From positions 32,001 through 96,000 of IMG/VR virus record IMGVR_UViG_3300023199_000127: a stretch of 64,000 bases of DNA; one strand, given 5' to 3'. Position 1 is the first letter of the stretch, and each line of letters begins with the position of its first letter. Shown here one piece after another: positions 37,970 to 47,394 of this stretch. The notes under the pieces were generated by a model. It was not told the DNA's origin and did no database searches. It worked only from the letters and a program-made list of their open reading frames with translations. Both the position numbers and the translations under genes were made by a program. Origin of the DNA: a virus.

Positions 37970-40900
37970 GCCCCCGGACGGGAAAACGTCCATTGAGAAG
38001 ATTGAAGACAGCCAGGTTCAAGGCTTTGTCTTCAGCGATCGCACCAAGCAGGGTGTGCAGGGCGGCTCCGTGCGCCTCCTCCCGCAGCTGACTGGTAACT
38101 TCCAGGCGATCGGGGCTAAGTGGCCGGTGGTCGCAAGCTGGGATCAGCAGGAAGAGTTCCCGGCTGACATCCCCAACTCCGTTGAGACCCGATGGGACGC
38201 GAACCATGATCCCGAGTTCGCAGTCTTCTCCGGCTACCTGAAACTGAACCCTACTGGACAGGCACTATTCCTCGAGCAGTCTGGGACCGGTGTCAATGGC
38301 ACCAAGTTCTCTGACGTAAGCCCCATCATTGGATACACCCTGCAGTTCAGGGCACAGGTTCTGAATCACGCTACTGGTGATGCCGTGCAGGGCGCTATGC
38401 TCCTGTTTGATGACGGATCCAAGCACGATGTGCTTCGACTGCGCAGTGATGGTGTGTACCTGGAATCCAATGAAGCTCTTGGCGTCGTGACGGATATGAA
38501 ATCCTCACCCAAGGATGTACGTCTCACTGTTCGTGGTGACGACTTCTGGTTGTGGGTCGAGGGTAACGACGGTGTATATGCAGAGAATGGATTGACTCAG
38601 GACTCCGCCACAGGAGCCACGAAGAAGCTTCTTCTTGGCTCCACTGGCGATGTGACTGCTGATCTGCGGATGGACTATCTGTATCAGAAGCACGAGGCCA
38701 TCACAGATGTGCCCGATTCGCTCGATACCGGGTTCGGATTCTCTACGGATTTGCAGAGCACGCGACTCCCGGCCTTCTATCCCAAGAGGTATGTGGATAG
38801 ATTCAACAAGGTTTTGGTGGACACGTCACATGGCGAGAGTGAGATCCAGTTTGAGTCCCCCTACCTCTTCAGTGAAGACTTCGACTCCAAGACGGACAAC
38901 ATAGACCTGCTCGTTATCGAGCCCACTATCTGGAGCGATGTCGCCGGTCCGAGTACAGGCAGTGGTGGCCTGAACGTTGACTTCGACGGGAGCGATGGTG
39001 TGCTGTGGTCTTCCAACCAGTATGTGCGATTCATCGGACATGTTGGAGAGTTGCGCGAGGACCATTATTTCCAGATCACCTATGGACGTGTGCGTACTGG
39101 TGACGGAAGCTTTATCGACAATGGCACCGATCGGTTCGCGAATAACATCCTTATGAAGGATGATGGATCCAGTCGCTACTACTATAGGATCGACTGGCAG
39201 GATCTGACTTCCTTTGCTGGTATCTCTCTGTTTATCTACAAGATTGACAGGACTACCAGCACTGCTTCGCTGAAGGCTTCGCAGTCCTGGACGTCTGGTG
39301 CTGATATTACTACCTACCGTCCGGACGATGGGAAGAAGATTCGTGTAGAGATCCGTGGTCGCGTGATCTCTGTGTACCTGGATGTCTTGGATGGGAATGG
39401 GCTGGTGAAACAGCTCGAATGGGAAGACACCGAGACTAGCACACTGCCGCCCAGCGATGGTGACCCTGGTCTATGGCTGGGGCCCCGACTGACAGGTGGT
39501 GGACAGTCCACGATTCGTGACCTGGAAGTTGGTAACTTCGAAGGAGGCGGTAGTAGTACCGTCACTGGCACTACAAGACTGAAGATCGAGAAGTCCACTG
39601 ACGGAGGCCAGACGTGGGGTCTCGCCAAGAGCGTCAGCATCACCTCCATTCCCCGGCAGGAAGTGAGCCTTAGCGATATTGCTATTGATGGTCTGGCAAA
39701 GGATGCACTGCGTTTCACGGTTGAGCAGTCCAGCCCCGGTGGCCTTGCAGAGGCCATCCGGGTAGACCAGCTCACCGTTAAGACGGATTTCAAGGAACCC
39801 TCCCTCGATGTCTTCCCGTGCTGGGGACCGAAGGTGGGAGGTACCAATGTGGCCCTCACGATCAAGGAAGGCGCCAAGGCACTATGTGCTACGCCTCCCA
39901 CAGAAAGTGATCACACCAAGATGTACACCGAGGACAGCACCGATACTGGTGTCGCCTCGATTTATGGTTCCAGTATGGCTGCCCCTCCTTACGGCAACGT
40001 GTACGGTTCGCCAACAGTTATTGGGGCACCTTCTCTTGGCCTCAGTACTGTAGAGGTGCCCATCGCAGACGAGGCTGGATATAGCAGCAAGTCTGCTCAG
40101 GAAGTCTGGGGCAACTCCGGTGATGGTGTCACCTATACCCTGAGTCCTCCGGGCTCTGGTAACCAGCTGTTGCGTGGGTACCTGGAGGTACTGAAGGGTG
40201 CTGCGTATCTGCAGGCCAACACTGGCCAGCAGCATGTGTTCCGCAACGACACCTACCAAGACACCCGACGAGTTGGCCTGGTGTTCTCTGGTGGCTCACT
40301 CGAGCTCATTGCTGCAGCATTCGAAGCTGACTCGCACTTCCGTCTGCACCTCGAGAACATGGCTGAGCTTACGCTCACCGGCACCTCTACTGGTGCCGCT
40401 GATGCACACCGTAGCCTGGAGACCTGGACCATTGTCGACGGTCTCAATACGGAGGGAGATACCTTGCTCTTGTCCACCAAGAGCACTGGTGAAGGACTTC
40501 AGCTGGGTCTAAATGCCGATGGTAGGCCGTTCATTCGCGTCTCGGATGGCACCACGGAAGAGGCACTGACTGGTGAGTTCCCTCTGACTATGGGGGATCT
40601 ACACCATGTGGCCGGCGGCATCGTGCAGTATCCTGATAGAGACGCACTAGAAATTTTGCTGAATGGAGAGATCTGTGGCCAAAAAGAATCCCAAGTCCAA
40701 TTCGCAGCGTACGGCGACGGGGAACAAGTCCAAGTCGCGCAAGGGGCCGACCCCGGATCAGCTGATTCCGCGGGAGCGGTCCGACTTGCGGAAGGACGGA
40801 CCCGGGCACAAGCTCCCGACTCGGAACGAAGGGTAGTCGAGCTTGGTATTGCTGACCCGTTCTTCGGGTTGGATACCAACTGGCCCCTACGCGATAGCAC

Positions 40901-42443
40901 CCGACTCCTTGCTCACATGGATGCCCAGCAGGGCTCCATTGTGGACAAGTCCCTGTACGGCCACTACCCGGTCGTCCTAGAGTCCAAGCGACGCAACACT
41001 GTCCGCGGTGCCGATGGGTACTTCGGGCGCTCTCTGTACGTCGTTGGCGCCCAGGGTGGAGCTCAGATCGCCCAGAAGGGCGAGCTGGAGCCTAACACCG
41101 GCATCACTATCTCCTTCTTCACCAAGGCCTATGCCAACCCCAGTGCTGACTCCAGTGTCTGGGCCCATGGCACCGGCCTGGATGTCGCTATCGACACTGA
41201 GGGCCAGCTCAAGGTCACGGTGCCGGGCGGTGAACATATCCATACCGGGCAGCTGCTGGGCGTCAACAAGTGGCGTCCTGCCTGGGTGCAGCTGGACGTC
41301 ACGGGCAACCTCGTTCGGACCAGGGTCGGTACTGGCGCCTGGGAAGAGAGCTCCATGTCGCTGGGTATCCCGGATCTCAGCGACCTGCCGGTGGAGCTCG
41401 GCTTCGGCCTCTGGGGTCTTCTGGATGAGGTTGCCTTCCATCGTGAGCTTCTGGATACCGGCCTGTACGATAGCCTAACCAGTCTCACAGGCGTCAAGAG
41501 CGACCCGAATGAAAATGTGATCTGGGGTGGCAGCTCGTTGGCAGCAGCCAACGTGCGCCACACCTATGTGAATCGCAAGCACATTCTGACGCCCACCGGA
41601 GCTGTTGGGGGTGTCTCGGTTGGCGTGGAGGTATATGGAAAGACCTGGCCGGCGGAGTGTGCGTTCAAGTACACCGATATCTACAGTCGGGAAATCGACG
41701 CATCGAAGTATGAGAGCCAGGCATGTAAGACCAAGGGCCCCTTCCGGATTGGTAATCGAGTCCCGGATGGCGGTGTGAACCTGGCGTTGCTGGGCGCTCC
41801 CCCGATGAGCGTGCCCAATAACGTGTCCCTAACGGACATGTCTGACCGTGAGGCAGCGAACATCGCCTTCTATAACCAGGGACGATTCATTCAGACGGAT
41901 CCGACGATTACTGGTCAGAACAGCGGCGAGTTCTACTACTCGCCTCAGTTCGATACCAAGGAGGTCTACATCTCGAACCGCTCGGTCATGCGCCGGCAGT
42001 TCAAGCAGCCCGTGCCGCTCTTCTTCAAGTACCTTGTTGGTCGCGGGCGGTTCTATGTCTACCAGCCCGATGCGACCGATGCTACTGATGCCGATCTCAT
42101 CAGGAAATCCATCCAGGTGCAGGACAGACAGGGTCGAACCATCCCGCTCGAGGTTTTCCCCTGGGACATTACCGTCTCCAGGCTGGACTACTACGGTTCG
42201 ACTCTGCCTACCAACACCTTCTCGGTCGTTTTGTATACCGAGCGTATTCCTCTCGGTGAGACTCGATTCGTGGTCTACAATGGTGCTGATGCCCAGGACA
42301 GCTTCAAGACTGTCCCGGGCAAGCGAGAGGTAATCAACCCGGTCCCGATCTTCGAGCTCGATGAGAGCGGGGATCTGACCCGTTTCGAGTTTGATATGAA
42401 TCTGGATACTGGAGGCTTTTATGACCTCCGCATCGTGAGGTAA
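37959..42443 (+). CDS. Large multidomain tail/baseplate appendage with LamG-like domains (1494 aa)
   Basis: LHHVAGGI..ILLNG, DKSLYGH, ITISFF and GLLDEVAFH..L are LamG-like signatures. Asp-box-like IEKSTDGGQTW. Confidence 0.65.
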   Translation: MTFKPPDGKTSIEKIEDSQVQGFVFSDRTKQGVQGGSVRLLPQLTGNFQAIGAKWPVVASWDQQEEFPADIPNSVETRWDANHDPEFAVFSGYLKLNPTGQALFLEQSGTGVNGTKFSDVSPIIGYTLQFRAQVLNHATGDAVQGAMLLFDDGSKHDVLRLRSDGVYLESNEALGVVTDMKSSPKDVRLTVRGDDFWLWVEGNDGVYAENGLTQDSATGATKKLLLGSTGDVTADLRMDYLYQKHEAITDVPDSLDTGFGFSTDLQSTRLPAFYPKRYVDRFNKVLVDTSHGESEIQFESPYLFSEDFDSKTDNIDLLVIEPTIWSDVAGPSTGSGGLNVDFDGSDGVLWSSNQYVRFIGHVGELREDHYFQITYGRVRTGDGSFIDNGTDRFANNILMKDDGSSRYYYRIDWQDLTSFAGISLFIYKIDRTTSTASLKASQSWTSGADITTYRPDDGKKIRVEIRGRVISVYLDVLDGNGLVKQLEWEDTETSTLPPSDGDPGLWLGPRLTGGGQSTIRDLEVGNFEGGGSSTVTGTTRLKIEKSTDGGQTWGLAKSVSITSIPRQEVSLSDIAIDGLAKDALRFTVEQSSPGGLAEAIRVDQLTVKTDFKEPSLDVFPCWGPKVGGTNVALTIKEGAKALCATPPTESDHTKMYTEDSTDTGVASIYGSSMAAPPYGNVYGSPTVIGAPSLGLSTVEVPIADEAGYSSKSAQEVWGNSGDGVTYTLSPPGSGNQLLRGYLEVLKGAAYLQANTGQQHVFRNDTYQDTRRVGLVFSGGSLELIAAAFEADSHFRLHLENMAELTLTGTSTGAADAHRSLETWTIVDGLNTEGDTLLLSTKSTGEGLQLGLNADGRPFIRVSDGTTEEALTGEFPLTMGDLHHVAGGIVQYPDRDALEILLNGEICGQKESQVQFAAYGDGEQVQVAQGADPGSADSAGAVRLAEGRTRAQAPDSERRVVELGIADPFFGLDTNWPLRDSTRLLAHMDAQQGSIVDKSLYGHYPVVLESKRRNTVRGADGYFGRSLYVVGAQGGAQIAQKGELEPNTGITISFFTKAYANPSADSSVWAHGTGLDVAIDTEGQLKVTVPGGEHIHTGQLLGVNKWRPAWVQLDVTGNLVRTRVGTGAWEESSMSLGIPDLSDLPVELGFGLWGLLDEVAFHRELLDTGLYDSLTSLTGVKSDPNENVIWGGSSLAAANVRHTYVNRKHILTPTGAVGGVSVGVEVYGKTWPAECAFKYTDIYSREIDASKYESQACKTKGPFRIGNRVPDGGVNLALLGAPPMSVPNNVSLTDMSDREAANIAFYNQGRFIQTDPTITGQNSGEFYYSPQFDTKEVYISNRSVMRRQFKQPVPLFFKYLVGRGRFYVYQPDATDATDADLIRKSIQVQDRQGRTIPLEVFPWDITVSRLDYYGSTLPTNTFSVVLYTERIPLGETRFVVYNGADAQDSFKTVPGKREVINPVPIFELDESGDLTRFEFDMNLDTGGFYDLRIVR

Positions 42444-42445
42444 TC

Positions 42446-43012
42446 ATGGCTGAAACTCTTCGTACATATGCGCAGATGCTGACAGTTCTCGCCGACAACT
42501 CTGCCGGCGAGATCTCTGCTGCTGATCTGCGCTCGTCGCTGGCTAGCTTGACTCAGCTATGGGGCAGCTTCAGCATGTATCAGAGGACGAACTTTAGCCT
42601 CATCTCTGGTGAGGCCATCGTGACCTACGACCTCAAGACTGCCAGTGCTGCGCCCAGTGGTGTATTGTCTGGCACCGCAGGGACTGGAAGATGGACTGTC
42701 CCCACTAACGGGAATGGCTACTATCGCATTTCCTACGGTGGTGCATTGGAGCCTGGTAGATGGTCTGGGGATGGGCAGTATAGCCTCAGCATCTACAGGA
42801 ACGGTTCAGTGCTACTCAACGCACCTAGCCTGTATATGTCGGTCCATGAGAGTCTTGGGGGTATCGACTCCACTAACTCTGTTGCAGGCGAAGTCTTTGT
42901 CTTGTGCTCGGATGGCGACATCATTGACATGCGCCTCGACAAGGTCGACGGTAGCTCCGACTCCACGGTAGACATGAACACTGCCTTCTTGCTCATGCAG
43001 CGCATGCAGTAA
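42446..43012 (+). CDS. Fibre-like protein with C1q/TNF-like C-terminal domain (188 aa)
   Basis: LADNSAGEISAADLR N-terminus. GRWTVPTNGNGYYRISY..LSIYRNG..GDIIDMR is C1q-like. Confidence 0.5.
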   Translation: MAETLRTYAQMLTVLADNSAGEISAADLRSSLASLTQLWGSFSMYQRTNFSLISGEAIVTYDLKTASAAPSGVLSGTAGTGRWTVPTNGNGYYRISYGGALEPGRWSGDGQYSLSIYRNGSVLLNAPSLYMSVHESLGGIDSTNSVAGEVFVLCSDGDIIDMRLDKVDGSSDSTVDMNTAFLLMQRMQ

Positions 43013-43018
43013 ACACCA

Positions 43019-44437
43019 ATGGTTGCCGAGTACAATAGCGCCTTTAACGAGGACTTCTTCATTGAGACCGCTGGCTCCGGATCAGGAGGTGGTGCAGGTG
43101 GTGCAGGTGGTGACTCAGGCTCTGAAGAGGCACCGTCCTCAGGTGGGTCAATTAGTGGTGGTAGCACGCCGGCCGTCGGAAGTACACCCACTGGCTTCGT
43201 CCCCGACTTTCTGCTGGAAAGTCCTGCCTTCAACCGTGCTCCTGCACTCGCGATCTACACGCCCAACGACGATATCCAGACTACAGATATCGTCTTGACC
43301 TCCGCTAAGGTGCGCCTCTGGGAGAGTCCTACCTGGCATGAGGTTAACTATGTCGGGCGCTCCATCAAAGAGGTAGTGGAAGAGATTAACCAGAGCTCAC
43401 AGCGATACTTCGCTGTCGAGCTCAATCAGTTGCCTGAGCTGGTCAGTAACGATTTGTTCCTGAATGATGGGGACTTCTCCCCCGACCTTGGTGCTATCGT
43501 TCGACTCAATGGTCACTCGTTCTCCTACCAGACCCAGACTCGCCTCAGGCTTCTGGCCCCGTATGAGGATGATCGTAGAAAGCCGTGGTATGGACGTGTG
43601 TCTGTGGGCGAGGTGGTGAAGGTCTTGAATGGAGTCCGACATGTGTTCCGTGTGCCGGAATACACTGACCAGCCCTGGTCTCACTACTACGGTAAGCCCT
43701 ACGTGGATATTCAGGATGTGCGTCCGGTGTTTGTGGACGGCAGGACTCTACGAGCTCCGCGCCGGCCTCTCTACTGGCTCCACAACAATATCGTCGTCCG
43801 TGTCAATGGCATCGCCCAGCCCTCCAGCATTATCGAGGATGTTGATGTTGAGAACGGCTTCATTTTCCTGGCCACAGAACTAGATCCTGGTGACCCCACG
43901 CTCCTTTCCTTTACCTACAAGGAAACGAGCCTGGTGTACAAGGGAATCAATGTCAATCCTTCGGTGGATCAACTACCTCAGTTCATTGGGCAGCATATCG
44001 TCTACTTCCTACGGCCTCAGGGTGATTCCCTCGGCCGTACCTGGGAGGAGTGTGTTTTCCATAGCGTGGCTCCTACGCTGGATGGTGCTATCTCTCAGAT
44101 CGAGGTCAGCGATGATGAGCCGGTGCTCCTCCTGGGAGCACTACAGGTTCGTCAGGCCAATGTGGTCGATGACGTGAGCATTACGGACACTAGGACAGTG
44201 GGCGGTGGTCTCAAGGATGATGAGCTCGAGCGAAGCAAGAAGCTCAATCGAGCCATGCAGGCTGTTACCGATCTTGGTAATCTGGATGGGGTCCCGTATC
44301 CTGGGAACGCGGTTGTCCTCGTGGATCTACCGGACTCCGTTCGTACTGCTATGACTAAAGACGAGCTCATGGAACGCATTAAGCGACACATCGCCTTCGG
44401 CGTGGTGCCGCTGGTGAACTTCAGGAGGGCAGACTAG
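43019..44437 (+). CDS. Virion structural protein with Gly/Ser-rich N-terminal linker (472 aa)
   Basis: Long coupled ORF in the operon, with a GSGSGGGAGGAGG linker. Confidence 0.55.
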   Translation: MVAEYNSAFNEDFFIETAGSGSGGGAGGAGGDSGSEEAPSSGGSISGGSTPAVGSTPTGFVPDFLLESPAFNRAPALAIYTPNDDIQTTDIVLTSAKVRLWESPTWHEVNYVGRSIKEVVEEINQSSQRYFAVELNQLPELVSNDLFLNDGDFSPDLGAIVRLNGHSFSYQTQTRLRLLAPYEDDRRKPWYGRVSVGEVVKVLNGVRHVFRVPEYTDQPWSHYYGKPYVDIQDVRPVFVDGRTLRAPRRPLYWLHNNIVVRVNGIAQPSSIIEDVDVENGFIFLATELDPGDPTLLSFTYKETSLVYKGINVNPSVDQLPQFIGQHIVYFLRPQGDSLGRTWEECVFHSVAPTLDGAISQIEVSDDEPVLLLGALQVRQANVVDDVSITDTRTVGGGLKDDELERSKKLNRAMQAVTDLGNLDGVPYPGNAVVLVDLPDSVRTAMTKDELMERIKRHIAFGVVPLVNFRRAD

Positions 44438-47013
44438 TGCCCCTGCTCGATGCACTTCTTGACACCCTCCCCGGCGCACAGCGTAATGCCATTGATGCAT
44501 TGCTAGAGCAGCTACAGGAGCGTGGAAACACCACAGATCTACGTAAGCTGTCTAGAGAGGTGTCAGAGAAGGTAAACGAGGACCCCCGAGGTCCGACGTT
44601 CTTCCCCATCAAGGTTACGCCTGTCGCACGAGTTTCGTCACAGCTGTGGAACGATATCCAGCAGCGCATCTATCTGGACATGGTTACCATGTACACCCAG
44701 GTGCGTGCAATCGATCAGCAGGTGAAGAGCCAGGGTCAGATTACACAGAACGAGCTCATTAGAGCTCGTTCTGCACTGCACAAGATCATCCAGCAGGTAC
44801 GGGTTTACCAGTTCCTGCAGGAAAACCCCGAGTACCAGGATGTCCGCTTTGTGGACTTCATCGATGGTCGCAATGAGGCTGACCGTCCTCCGCGCGCTAA
44901 GGTGGACACAAGTGTCCAAAGACTGGAGCTCCCTGCCCGCCGACGCGCCCGCCTTGAGGGACGGAATGTGAATTTGAAACAGACTACGGTGACCACTGAG
45001 AATGTGGGCGGTGGCGTGGCTGGCGGGATGATTAAGGACTTTAAGCCCGAGAACATGCTCGACGGTGATCCGGATACGTTCTGGGCGGAGATGGTCTTGG
45101 CAGACGGCGTGATTCTCCAGGACTATAGCGCTTCGTGGGGCGTGCGCCGCTCACAAGGTGCGATCGGTGAGGTCAAGCTCAAGCTGAGCCAGACGTCGCG
45201 TATCAACAATGTCCGGATCCTGCCCTTTGGGCAGTTCCCGGTCAAGATCGTCGATGTGGCATACAAGACGTCAGAGACCGATGATCACTGGGAGACAATC
45301 CCGGACTTCGCGGTTACTGAGTCCACCCTAGGATGGCTCGAGTTCGATTTCTCTCCTCGTATGATGTCCGAGATCATCATTGTTATTGAGCAGCCCAATT
45401 ACACTCGGAACATCTACCATCTTCCCAGGAAGACTGCAGCGAACCATGTGTTCTGGGAGCAGGTGCTGGACTCTAAGTTCGATAGCACGATTCATACGAT
45501 CCGACTCGATACTGAAGGCGCCGGCAAGGTGGAGGCAGATCCCTCCAAGCTCGCGCACCTGAACGCACTGGAGCTTGTGAATGAGGAGCTTGCCGATATG
45601 GCACTCCGCGAGGAGCGTACTAAGCGCTACGAGCTCTCCTCTAAGCTCCTGGACGCTCAGGGCAAGGTGTTCTCCGAGACTGATCCCTCCAAGCAGGGAG
45701 AAGTGAAGGAACCTGTGGATGGAACACAGGTTCCGGATAACAACGACGTGCTGGATGTGCGTAAGTATGAGTACATGTATGGCATTCGCCAGATCGCACT
45801 CAACCAAGTGCTGTATGAGCCCTTCGCCTTCTACTCGTCTCCGAAGATGAACCCTGGTGCTACTGTGCTTTCCGTGGAGCTTGATACCAACGAGGAGCAT
45901 GTGACCTATCGGGACCCTCACGGCATCTATCGTCGTACCTCCGTAGAGTACGAAATTGCCGTGGCTGACAACCAGTCCTTCCCCATTCTGCCGGCTAACG
46001 TAGCCAACAGGACGGTGCAGGATGAGTACATCTTCGTTGATCGTCGCACCAGAACCGGATGGACCCGCTTCCCTGTGGATAGCCTTGGTGCAGTGGTGAG
46101 GCGCAATGGTGTGCGCCTCTTGTTCTCCGAGTACACACTAACGGTGGACTCTACGAAGAATGGCCGCGCTAAGTTGGTGGTGGTGCCCGGTGCTTACGAC
46201 CCCAATGCGGTATACACCATCACCTATCCGGCGACCATTGGGTCGACGAAGCTGGATCTAGATGCCAATGTGGTATCCACCCCGCTCTCTGATGCTGACG
46301 AGTTCAGCGAAACGGATAGGAATTCCAGCATCTTGCTAAGTGCCTATCCGTATATCGAGCGTGAGATCCTCAATTCGTCCCAGTGGCTCCAGGACGACGA
46401 GAACGACGCACGCTGGCGCTTCTCCCCGAGCCAGACAGATATCACCTCGGCCGACGGATCCACCGTCGAACTCACTGATGGGTCCCCGATTGTGATTGGT
46501 ACGGGGACTGACTTCACCCAACTCGACGCCGACAAGATCAACGTCTTCAGGGCGAAGGGTGATAGCGTGGTCTACAAGATTGCGTCAATTGACTCTGCTG
46601 TGCAGATCACGCTGGAAAAGAATTACGTCGGCAGCGGAACCGGTATCGGTTACGCAGCCGGCGAGGGTGTGGAGATTGATGGAGTCCTTTATGGCCTCAA
46701 CTCCAACATCTATGAGCCGGTCCAGGTATTCGTCAACGACCAGAAGGCCTTCAATCTGACCAACTATCTAACCCTGGAACATCAGGCATTTACCCCTATC
46801 CAGGAGAGTGGTAGAAGGTTCCAATTCATCCACGCTGGTAGGCGTTTGTACTTCAATACGCCTATTCAGGGTGCTAAGATCGAGGTATTCTACAGCTGGA
46901 GAGCTCAGTACCTGCAGTTGAAAGCGGTCCTCCGTAGCAACATCCCCGTGCTCACGGAGGTTACCCCTAAGCTGGTGGACTACAAGCTCAAGCTAAAGAC
47001 TACAAGCCTGTAA
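44437..47013 (+). CDS. Structural paralog A: N-terminal helical region, discoidin(F5/8C)-like domain, TPKL..YKL C-terminus (858 aa)
   Basis: GTG start. NMLDGDPDTFW; YEYMYGIRQI; VTPKLVDYKLK. Confidence 0.6.
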   Translation: MPLLDALLDTLPGAQRNAIDALLEQLQERGNTTDLRKLSREVSEKVNEDPRGPTFFPIKVTPVARVSSQLWNDIQQRIYLDMVTMYTQVRAIDQQVKSQGQITQNELIRARSALHKIIQQVRVYQFLQENPEYQDVRFVDFIDGRNEADRPPRAKVDTSVQRLELPARRRARLEGRNVNLKQTTVTTENVGGGVAGGMIKDFKPENMLDGDPDTFWAEMVLADGVILQDYSASWGVRRSQGAIGEVKLKLSQTSRINNVRILPFGQFPVKIVDVAYKTSETDDHWETIPDFAVTESTLGWLEFDFSPRMMSEIIIVIEQPNYTRNIYHLPRKTAANHVFWEQVLDSKFDSTIHTIRLDTEGAGKVEADPSKLAHLNALELVNEELADMALREERTKRYELSSKLLDAQGKVFSETDPSKQGEVKEPVDGTQVPDNNDVLDVRKYEYMYGIRQIALNQVLYEPFAFYSSPKMNPGATVLSVELDTNEEHVTYRDPHGIYRRTSVEYEIAVADNQSFPILPANVANRTVQDEYIFVDRRTRTGWTRFPVDSLGAVVRRNGVRLLFSEYTLTVDSTKNGRAKLVVVPGAYDPNAVYTITYPATIGSTKLDLDANVVSTPLSDADEFSETDRNSSILLSAYPYIEREILNSSQWLQDDENDARWRFSPSQTDITSADGSTVELTDGSPIVIGTGTDFTQLDADKINVFRAKGDSVVYKIASIDSAVQITLEKNYVGSGTGIGYAAGEGVEIDGVLYGLNSNIYEPVQVFVNDQKAFNLTNYLTLEHQAFTPIQESGRRFQFIHAGRRLYFNTPIQGAKIEVFYSWRAQYLQLKAVLRSNIPVLTEVTPKLVDYKLKLKTTSL

Positions 47014-47022
47014 GGAGATCCA

Positions 47023-47190
47023 ATGCCCGAACCGAAAAGACGTCAGAAAATGCCCGCGCGAGACAATCGCGACAAGACGAAAATCGTCCGCGAAGCTCAG
47101 AAGGAGTATCGCGAGGGCAAGCAGGACAGAAAAGAATGGCCCGGTGGCCCCAGTCGGGCTCCTGGTGCCCCCGAACCGAAGGGTGGTTAA
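47023..47190 (+). CDS. Small basic protein (55 aa, MPEPKRRQKMPARDNRDK...)
   Basis: Strong SD AAGGAG. Translated by hand; below the ORF-track cutoff. Confidence 0.65.
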   Translation: MPEPKRRQKMPARDNRDKTKIVREAQKEYREGKQDRKEWPGGPSRAPGAPEPKGG

Positions 47191-47191
47191 T

Positions 47192-47257
47192 ATGGCCAAG
47201 AAGAAGGACCGACCCAAGAAAAAGCCCTCCAAGAAGGGCAAGAAGAAGGGCTACTAA
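47192..47257 (+). CDS. Tiny Lys-rich peptide (21 aa, MAKKKDRPKKKPSKKGKKKGY)
   Basis: ATG 1 nt after the previous stop, TAATG overlap with the next ORF, GGTGG SD. Confidence 0.5.
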   Translation: MAKKKDRPKKKPSKKGKKKGY

Positions 47258-47394
47258 TGCCCAAGGGCAGCAAGGTCGACAAGATCTACCGTGCTCTGCG
47301 CGAAGAGGGTATGTCTCGTGAAAAGGCTGCCCGTATCGCGCAGGACAGAAGTGGTCAGTCACTAAAGACCGGCAAGAAGCCCAAGAAGAAGTAG
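47257..47394 (+). CDS. Small basic helical protein (45 aa, MPKGSKVDKIYRALREEGMSREKAARIAQ...)
   Basis: Y.ALR.EG.S.EKAARIA resembles a small basic protein family of bacteria and phages. Coupled at both ends. Confidence 0.65.
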   Translation: MPKGSKVDKIYRALREEGMSREKAARIAQDRSGQSLKTGKKPKKK

